This document shows positions 53,383 through 62,573 of a DNA stretch of 64,000 bases, in pieces. The notes beneath the pieces are model-generated. The model was not told where the DNA came from, did not search any database, and saw only the letters and a list, made by a program, of their open reading frames with translations. Every line of letters begins with the position of its first letter. The first letter of the stretch is position 1. Origin of the DNA: Trichosphaerium sp. ATCC 40318 (taxonomy: Eukaryota > Protista > Tubulinea); NCBI GenBank assembly GCA_038496445.1, contig JALMLS010000124.1:1-64000 (forward strand). Direction: 5' to 3'. A program made the translations under genes and the position numbers.

Positions 53383-54300
53383 TCACGATCTTATAAATAC
53401 ACGTGACATGTCATGATTTACTAAATATTTCTTCTTGCTTTTGGAAAACAAGCAAGGTACAACCTCAACATTGATATCAACACCAGCTCTCTTGAAACAC
53501 CAAAGCCGCCTGTTATCCAGAGAATACCACTCCGAATGTAGTGAAACAACACGGATAGGCGGGAAATCATCAGGCGTCAAGTAACCAACACTCAACTCGC
53601 CAGCAACATTGAAAATGCTCTCTCCAGTAGCAAAGTGCGATGAGATAGAATCGTGAGTGTAGTTAATGTCATGCGGATTAAATGACAAGATGCGTTTGTT
53701 TTTTTGTTCAGCAATTTGCGAAAGAAATGATGAACAGTAGTCCTCTTCCCCTGTAATGGAACGAACATACCACTCTGAAAAGTTGTTTGACATTGCCATA
53801 TCTACAATATAGTTGTCCTTTACAAAATCTACAAGGTCATAAGGTACGCCTGGACTGCTCCAAACTGAGGAATCGTTAAACTGAACAATGTAATTTTTCT
53901 TTGAAAACGCCATTTGATTAATGCCTCCACGAGATCTTCGCATTCCAGTAAGTCTTCTAGCTAATTGCCTTGGGATGCCTTTCCAAGAAGTTTCTCCTCC
54001 TGTATGCGATACTACATATTGATAACTTGGACCAAAGAAAACATTATCATATTCTTCACCATAAGTTATCAGGTTGTACAGATCGTCATCATCCATTTGG
54101 TACCTCGGACCAACTTTCGTTTTAAACACATACTGACAACCGGCTCCAATAGAAAAGGATAGCATTTTGTCACCATAAGAATCCAACAATTTAGGCAAGA
54201 GTTCTGGGAAGAAGAAGTCTGGAGCGAGTTCATAATAGTACTTGCCAGATGAATCTTGAGCGAGCCTTGTATCTGATGCTAAGCTTACACTTTTAAACAT
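53383..54300 (-). CDS. Hypothetical protein with C-terminal ParB/sulfiredoxin-like domain
   Basis: INYTHDSISSHF..G.SI...FPPIRVV...WYSLDNRRLWCFK. An acceptor site upstream suggests a possible additional 5' exon. Confidence 0.6.
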   Translation of the reverse strand: MFKSVSLASDTRLAQDSSGKYYYELAPDFFFPELLPKLLDSYGDKMLSFSIGAGCQYVFKTKVGPRYQMDDDDLYNLITYGEEYDNVFFGPSYQYVVSHTGGETSWKGIPRQLARRLTGMRRSRGGINQMAFSKKNYIVQFNDSSVWSSPGVPYDLVDFVKDNYIVDMAMSNNFSEWYVRSITGEEDYCSSFLSQIAEQKNKRILSFNPHDINYTHDSISSHFATGESIFNVAGELSVGYLTPDDFPPIRVVSLHSEWYSLDNRRLWCFKRAGVDINVEVVPCLFSKSKKKYLVNHDMSRVFIRS

Positions 54301-55226
54301 TTTATCGATAAAATTCTTCCTATGGAGCTAGTTAATGTTACAGAAAAGATCTGACAAAAGATGACCAAGACAAGGTTGTAAATCAAGTGGTTTTTTTTTT
54401 TGTGAAAAATTCAAAACAAGTCAATGGTGTCCTTCGTTTTGAATCTAAATGATTCAAAAAGAGGTAGGATTAAGTGTACCACTACTGCAGTAGCTGGTAG
54501 TGTATGTTTTTCTTCGTTGCAGTGAGTTTGAAGTGAGGTAAAAATACAAATTACGAACTTGCAAAACCCGTAAATGCACAAAATTTATTGTGGTTTTTCC
54601 GTTTTTTGTTCAGAGAAACCCTCTTCAATGAATTAGTGCCTTAGCACATAGCGTACAATAGTGTCCAACCTTGAAACTACCTTCAAAAGGCGCTAAAAAT
54701 CGCTATGAGTCAAAAATGAGTTTGTTTCACAACATTAACGTTTTTTATGCAACACATCTTTTGTGTTGGGCGTAGAAGCTCCATGCAAATACAATTCAAT
54801 TATTAATAATCAGTTTTAATAGTACGAAAGTCAACACGAAAAGTACAGTATCAACTAACGGGAATAGCATCATCCTCTTTGTACAAAACGTCAAGTCTAC
54901 AAATAACGATTTATGCGACTGCACTAAAAAAACAGCACTATCAGGAGCGTATTCTATGGACACCATTACTAAGCTCCTCTCATAATCTGCAGTTTGTAGG
55001 ATATGATTGCAGGAGTGCGCCTACCTGCGTTATTGGGATCTCACAAGGCTGTTTTTGTTAAAAATCTCAGAAAAAAAAAAAGTCAACTAGAAGAACGCTC
55101 AAAAAATGTTAAAAAAACCTAGTAGTACTGATGCCAAGAACTTTCGAAGCTACAATCGAAATACCACAATATTTATTTCGAAAATATAAAGCAGTTTAAA
55201 GGCAGTGCTGGTTTCATTTATTTCCA

Positions 55227-55350
55227 GATCTAGTAGTAATTTATGACCTGTTAATCTCTGATTTCGTGGGTTCGAATCCCTCCGCTGGTTTGACCAGTGT
55301 GGCTGAGTGGTTAAAGCGACGAATTGCCTTAGGGCACTAGGTCTTTTTTT
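55227..55350 (+). ncRNA. Putative Pol III RNA with a circularly permuted tRNA-like module (YrlA/Y-RNA-like mimic or permuted tRNA)
   Basis: T arm GTGGG-TTCGAAT-CCCTC (55266-55282); acceptor-like hairpin CGCTGGT-TTG-ACCAGTG; TG; D arm GCT-GAGTGGTTAA-AGC (55302-55317); terminal stem GATCTAGT/ACTAGGTC; T7 run. Confidence 0.7.
55344..55350 (+). terminator. Pol III oligo-T terminator
   Basis: TTTTTTT immediately follows the 3' strand of the terminal stem. Confidence 0.55.
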
Positions 55351-55661
55351 GTTTCATTCAAGTCAAATTTTTTTATTCATCGGAGTTGCTGTAGCAGTCG
55401 TTGAAGTATGTACGTTTAGTTTTCCTTGTACACCGGATACCGCACTTCCCGAGTCACTCAAAAATGAAACTTTGCACGTGTAAAATAATTTAAACGAAAA
55501 ACAGTACACCATGAACTCCGCTAAGTTCGGCTTCCTAAGAAAGGCTACGAATTATCTAATTTACAACGCATAAATGAGACCTGAACTACGGAGATTTGTT
55601 TCACATAGTGCTTTCTTCACTTCGGACAGGACTCACGGGGACCAGAAAGAGTATTCTCTAA

Positions 55662-57709
55662 ATGACTGAAAAAGCAGCACCAACAGATATTGAGGTAATC
55701 ATTGCGCTCTTTTTAACTCTCGCACTAACTTTTGTTTCCTAACAGGAGCCTATTGAACAAGGTTTGTTGACGCCTACCATTTGTTTTGATTGGTTCTAAC
55801 TGCTTTACAGGAACCCGACCTTCCCGGAAGGCTAAAAAAACAGAAGTGACGGATGAGTCACTTGATAATAACGACCAAAATGATAATCACGTGCGGTATA
55901 AGACTAACGAGGAGTTAATTATTTCGGACGCCACAATAGAGTATTTGTTCGTTCAGCTCGCTGATAAAAAATACCAAGGTAAGGGGAGCATCGAAGAAGA
56001 CATGAATTTAGTCGAAATTATTTAGTAATTATTAAATGCTTTTTAGACAGCACTTTCTTGAATACGTTTCTACTTTCTGCCGACTATTTTTTGGAACCTT
56101 CAGAGTTGCTTGAAATGTTAGTATGTAGATATAAGGAGGTAGTTCAAAGCGGTAAAAAATTACACACGTGTATACAATTGAGGTAAGTCAAGGCAACTTA
56201 TTTGGCTTTCAGTTTTTGAAATCGATTTTGCGAACTCTAAAAATGGTCTTCTTTTTTAGGCTTATAAACGTGATAAAAAAATGGATACACTTACAATACC
56301 CTCTCCTACGAGGTCGCAAAAGGTTCAATGATGGGCTCAAAGGGTTTTTTAATTATTTACTAAACAACGTACGTCAAAAAAACGGCGACTTTGATTACTT
56401 AACTGAATAAAAAAAGGGAGTCGAAGCAGAAAAACATTGGGCTGAAGCGATCACGTTTTATGTTGTACGTGATAATTTTTGGGATACCATAAAACTAATA
56501 AAATGGCTCTAAAAATAGGGGAACCACGAAAAATCGTATAATGAAGCAAAGAAGAAGAGACTTATAATGCCAAAGCCTACAAGACCAACCACGCAAAATA
56601 TTTTAGAAATTGATCCAAAAAAACTTGCAGCTCACATGACTCTCATTGATTATTCTCTGTTTCAGGTATGACGTCTATGTATCATCATATTAAATCTAAT
56701 TTTTTTTTTTAAGGCTTCTGGACTCAAACCTTATCACCATCGAGGGTGGACACAGAAAGACAAACATAAAGTAAAAGTAAAAAAGTAAGGACGAACATGA
56801 AATTAAATTGTTTTTAACTTTTTCTTTCGTAGGATTCTAGAACGATTTGCTCTTATAAAATATTGGATAATAACAACTATTGTAAACGCTACGGACAATA
56901 GTATAAGAGCGCATATTCTGGCAAAGTTCTTGGCACTTCTCGGTCACCTACTAGATTTTCAAAACTACAACGGTACAAAACAACATTCTCATGTTATTCT
57001 TATCAGCTCACTAGGTTTAATGCAAGTCTATTTGGCATTATCCCAAGTATCTGTACAACGCCTAAAGAGAACATGGAAGGTAAAGAAACTAAAGCTTATT
57101 TATTTTTGCTTACTTCAGCGTTAGCACATGTCAAAAAAGAATTTGGCAAACTACGAAAAAGTTCGAAACTTAATGAGCAAAAAAGACTGCTACAAACTCT
57201 ATCACGAAGCACTTTACAACGCCAATCCACCATGTATTCCGTATCAAAGTATAGTATTATATTAAGCGATTCGTAACTCTAATTGATTATAGGAGTACTG
57301 CTAGCCGACCTAGCAGATATTGAGAAAAAAGAAAACTTTTTCGAAAGAGAAGGTTTGACTTTTGTGAATTGGGACAAGATGACAGGTCTTGCAACAATGT
57401 ACGCTCCCAGAGTTTCCACAACTGTATTGCTGATAATTTATAAATAGCTTTGGCCAAATACTGAAGTGTCAACGTATTACGTATTGCGATATCGAAGAAA
57501 ATATTGATGGTGATATTTTGGATTTCATAGGCAACATTGCCAGTTATGAAGTGATTGAAAGTTCTAAAGAAAACTGGTTGACAATGTCCCAACAATGTGA
57601 GAGCTATGACGTAGAAGGAAACCCAAGTACAAAGAAGGGTAATTCATTGCTTAGAATATCAGAGAGTATCGCCCGTAGTACTTCCATGATAACAAACAAA
57701 TTTCACTAA
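55662..57709 (+). CDS. RasGEF (REM + CDC25 domains)
   Basis: ISDATIEYLF, FLNTFLL, LINVIKKWI, EIDPKKLAAHMTLIDY, QNYN...VQRLKRTW, PPCIPY and VNWDKM. Confidence 0.85.
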
Positions 57710-57898
57710 GCACGTGAAAATAGCAAAAGTTTGCAACCCTTTGTTATCGCGCATAACAACTACTCCCTTTGTACTTTAATAAAATCACTGTCATATTGAC
57801 TTCTTTGGATTTTTTGTAAAGTCACGTGATAATTATGTATGTACAACAAGCCGCGATGGATGAAGAATTTTGTTTTATTTTTGGGTTGTTTTTTTTTT

Positions 57899-57977
57899 CT
57901 AACTTGTATAATTTTTCAGTGCTTGTTACGTCACGTGGTAGTGACTTTCTTAACGAAGACTTCATGTTACATGCTAG
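57899..57977 (-). promoter_or_regulatory. Type II SECIS element in the msrA 3' UTR
   Basis: Minus strand reads CTAGCATGTA ac ATGAA GTCTTCGTTA AG AAA GTCAC tacCAC GTGAC G TAACAAGCAC TGAA aaatta TACAAGTTAG: helix I, AUGA/GA core, helix II, unpaired AAA 12 nt after the core, apical ministem. Confidence 0.8.
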
Positions 57978-58047
57978 GAAAAAAAAATCGAACTAAATAA
58001 TTGAAATCCCATCTTTTCATCTTTACGCTCATATGTAGCATAGCTGT

Positions 58048-59043
58048 TTAAAGAACTAGTTTCTTTATATCTTCAGGAGGGTTCAAGGCAAGTATATCCT
58101 TCTTTAGACCTTCAACACTTCCATACCTGGCGATGTAGTTTGAAACAAATCTAAAACTTTCATCAGCGAAGTTATTCCATTTTTTTGAAACAGTTTCGGG
58201 TTTGGTGCCCTACTCGCGCTCTAAAAGGCACAAAAATGCCTTTTATTGATATTTTACGTACCCATTAAGCTTGCAAGCAAGCGGAGAAGTGATTACTTCT
58301 GCTTCAGATAAGCCAGCTGCTTTAAATACTTTTTTTTTGCCTCTGTTTTTGTTTGGTTAGATTTACGCTTTAAAATAACTAGATGTTTACTAAAGGTACC
58401 TTAGATAATACTTTTGATGGTATCCTTCAGCGTCAGTCCATTTTTCAGCCTTTTCAATGGCTGTGTAGATTTTTTGGCTGACTTCTTTCTACCTCCGAGT
58501 TTAGAAAAAAAAAAAGAAGTTTTAGCCGTTTTTCTTACCTCCTTGGCTTCAAATGTAGCTGTAGCTAATTTTTTTTGTTCTTCATTATGATAGTATATAG
58601 CTGAGCGGTATTGCTTGCCGCTAGGGTAAAATGGCGAATGACATTTCCAGAATACTTCCAACATCTCTGAGTAAGACGTCTAAATAACATAAGACGCGCA
58701 TTCGTTCCCTCCACAAGTATTCTTGATCATTACGGAGAAACTTGCAAAAAAACGTACAACGTCGGCGTCATATTCAATTCGTATGGATTCGCTATGATCA
58801 CCCATGCTGTAGTAAGTAGGGTTATCCTTCTTACCACCTGTGTAGCCAACATTTGTCGTGACTACTCCCGGTACGCAACAAAAGATTGCGTCCGGGGTCC
58901 AAAATCACCCTGTAAACGTTATTAGCTTGCTTCAAGGTAATAAATCTAACGTTTAATTTCAAGGCGGTTTAAAATCGATATAACTGTTGCGTACCAGTTG
59001 AAAAAGTGCATACTTCGATATTTGTTGGTTTTGCTGTTGTCAT
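58048..59043 (-). CDS. msrA: Selenocysteine-containing peptide methionine sulfoxide reductase A
   Basis: Removing intron 58910-58994 gives TFSTG-TGA-FWTPDAIF...VGYTGG...NPTY..MGDHSE; later QYRSAIYY and AEGYHQKYYL. TGA at 58905-58907 occupies the catalytic Cys position of GCFW. Confidence 0.9.
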
Positions 59044-60010
59044 AGTGCGTTTGTAACTAATTAATAATGTGGACTGTCTTAATTAGCGTTGACTTAACCA
59101 AATTCAGCGTATTGGGTTGATACGTCACTTGACGTGCCTTTAACACTTCCTTGTAAAACACTGTTTTACACTAAATACATCATTCGTCATCATTCGGAAA
59201 CCTTTACCGGTTTTACACTGTGCAAACATCGTTTAGAGACTGTTGTTAACTTTGTTAAAAAGCGAAATTGGTGGAGTATTGTTTTACACATGAAGCACTT
59301 GTTTGGGCTCCACTCAGGCAGTAACACCAATCTAAAACCGCTGAAAACCCTCGTACAAGGGGTTATGCAGCCAACTCACTACAACAGTCAGGAGTACTTT
59401 TTTGTCACTCCATTTGTAACTTACTAAAGTTCATAAGTTCAAAGCGCATCATAGCCTAACAAACTATAAATAAACTCCTCGCAATTTGAGTACAGCATTA
59501 GCAACAATATTTTTATATAAACCAGAGCCACGCTAACATCAATATGTGTCTATTGCTTCTCTGGCAACCAGTCACTTCCACCATTCCAAAAAATACTTTT
59601 CTAAAATGGATTCTCCATCTGCAACTATAGTGTCTTCTAGTGTTGGATCTACGGGCAAAAATTCAGGAGCTGGGCAAGTGGCCATTATTATGTTCACGTT
59701 AGAACATCTAAGCTCTTGCTTGCTATGTGGAAACCACTCTTACTATGACTGTGAATGGTTAGTGCCGCCTTGGAGCTTAGTGGATCCATATTTTTTTCCT
59801 AAGTTATTCAGATAGGCTTCAGTAAATCCGAGACCAAATATACCTAATTAGGAAGTCTAGGTACTATTCAGTGAAGTTTACAGTTCCCTGGCTGGCCATG
59901 TTGTATATACAACACTTTTAGTAGCTCCGTTTGATACGTCTAGCACCTACGCGTGAAAATGGCTGACTTGGTTATTTTTTCAACAAAACCATTCATTGGC
60001 GCACCTCTTC

Positions 60011-62127
60011 ATGGTATACAGTGCAAAATTAGCTGAGGTAGTATTTATAACGTTCTTTAGGCTGTAAATCATATTCATGAGGCAATAAGAAGCGCAAGAG
60101 AATTATGGAAGCGAATGACTCGTAAAGAGCGACGTCAATATGTTGATACTTGCGTTTCAAAGCAAATAATGTCAAAAACCGAATGTGATGGGTTTATTGT
60201 CGTAACTTGCTTACCAGCACCTAACTACTACCTCTTGTGTGAGACTATAGTATTTTTACCAGACTATAGAATCGCTGCAATGGGAAAACCAAGGGCAAGA
60301 ACAATATCTGTTAGTGAAGCAAAGAAACTTGAAAAGAAGTCCGGACAAACACTCACATACATCCCAAAACTAGCAGGTTCGTCATTACATCAGCTATACG
60401 CTACTATTGTGACTGCTATGATTAATAGTAGGTCACGTGAGTAGTAGTATGAGAGTAATTTTTATTGCCATATCTTCGTTCATAACACGTGATACAGGAG
60501 TAAGGGGTGTTTGTTTCGTGATGCGTGAGGAGCTATACGTTGTTGCTGACGGAAGTTTGACTTCAAAGTCTGCGTTGTGGGCAAAGAAATGGATTCTAGA
60601 ACATGCTAATATTGATACTATTGGAAAGGGGTGGTTTGGTATCTTGATTGTAAACAGGGACACTGTTCTATGTCTTGATGAAGACGAAGGTAAATTTCTT
60701 TGAATTTCTTCAAAAAATAACAACATCGCCAGCTAATCATTTCACTAGGAGTTTATCTTACGCATTGTCACAACTGCTCGTTGCATGATGAGCTCCTTAG
60801 CACACCCTTTCTTTCCCCTACAATTGCAGAAGTAGCTACATGGCCCTCATCATCCTACAGAGGTACTTTCGCTTTTTCGCTTTAGTGAGATTCGCCTCTT
60901 TGTGACTTGTCTTTAAAGGTTTTGAAGCATTTCTTGGTGGCGGAATTGTAATGGTATCATGTAAAAAATGGGAGGAAGGTATGGAGGAAGCAGAGAGAAT
61001 ATATCCTCTAAAAGTATGGCAACATTATCGACTAAGGAAATGTGAGAAATATATGGGGTTTATAAAACATGATCTCAATAGAAGAGAGTACCAAAGCATG
61101 TTAAATGCTTTAGAGGATAACTACAATGAAATATTATTAATAATAGCCTCATATATCAGTACAAAAGACTGGAAGGTATTTCCTGCTCCTATCAAACTGT
61201 GGAGGGCGGTACCATTTCAATGTATTGAAATAGCTTCAACTTTATCAAAATCTTATAAAGATATTGGACAGTCTCTCGCTTCAGTACTTAAATCTCTCAA
61301 AGATGCATTGTACGTTTTACCCATGATATACATTCCGCAGGTTTTGTTAATTCGTATCTTAAAGGGAAAATGGTGATTCAGATATTAGTCAGATGTACAA
61401 AGAAGCCAAGGTACATTTCTGGAATTTTTCGTTCTTGTCTTACTGTATTTAGACTATGTGTAAACTAAAGAAATCAATCGTATTCTCTATTTTGAGTTGT
61501 ATATGTGTTAATAACACAGAGAAAAAGCAGAAGCTGTTGGACAAGTTATCACCACAAACTCGGTATGTTCTTCAGAGAAAAAAAAAAGCTAAGTCTGATT
61601 CCGTTGTTATTAGCCAGTTCATTGTAGACACACTAGCACCAAGGTGTATTGAAACAGTATCAATGATTGTTCTTGAAGCTATTGCAGAGCGAGTAATACC
61701 GTTAATAACAATAGAACAACGTGAAACAATCATTGACTTGATTGCACCTATTCATAATGTCCTTCCAAATTATGAACCTTGTGATCTCTTTTCTAGACAT
61801 TTCGTGCATAACTGGAGGTTTATTGGCTTAACAACTATTCCTGAAGATGTCATATTACCTCCTGAGATGTTATTGGAGTTATTTTATTATGTAAACGCTC
61901 GTGATGTTATCTCATGTCGACAAGTCTGCATTTTATGGAATAGAATGTTAAGTGGTGATTTTTTTGATAAGCAAGTCATAGAGTTCAGAAATGCTTGCGA
62001 TAAGATTGTGACATTGACTGATTCTGAAAAGCAAAGACACGAAGGTATTGAGAGGCGTAAGAGAGAGAGAGAACAGCGACAAAAGGAAAGGGAGGAAAGA
62101 AGACTACGATGGAGAAGATACGGTTGA
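60011..62127 (+). CDS. Multi-exon hypothetical protein with C-terminal F-box
   Basis: Collinear ORFs with GT-AG boundaries; LPPEMLLELFYYVNARDVISCRQVCILWNRML near the C-terminus, followed by a charged coil. Confidence 0.6.
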
Positions 62128-62573
62128 TTTACGATCTGCAACACTGACTTGTAAAATGCAAACGTATGATGCCAACAGATCCACATGGTGTATTAGATTT
62201 AATACTAAGCCATTGTGGACCTTTATCACATCACAATAATTGCATAGTGGAACACATTGTAACAAATAAACTGAACGTTTATAGTATCCCTCTATTTAAA
62301 GTTAGCATGTGATGTATAAACCTTTAACAGTGTATTCTGTGGTGATAGCGTCGCTCTATAGCACACACCACCAGCTATCCGTCCACAATGTCGTTCTAGG
62401 GTGCACATTGTCACCTACTAATTTTTCATTCTTCGAAATCACGTTGTTAGTACTTGTATGCCAGCGTAATAAAATAAGTGTTCTTTTTGAGTACATGAGT
62501 TGTAAAATATAAGTGTTTTATTTTGTTCTGGATATGTTGTAAACATGCAACATCAAAGTTACATATTGTATTT

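Noticed and set aside
55245-55343. Ordinary tRNA (Asn-GTT, Gly-GCC, Leu-TAG) or tRNA-Sec
   Set aside because: The halves are in reverse order, no candidate anticodon loop has a valid 5-bp stem, and there is no UCA anticodon.
59520-59950. Coding-like minus-strand stretch (EWFPHSKQ...DPTLEDTIV)
   Set aside because: Interrupted by stops and no family recognised.
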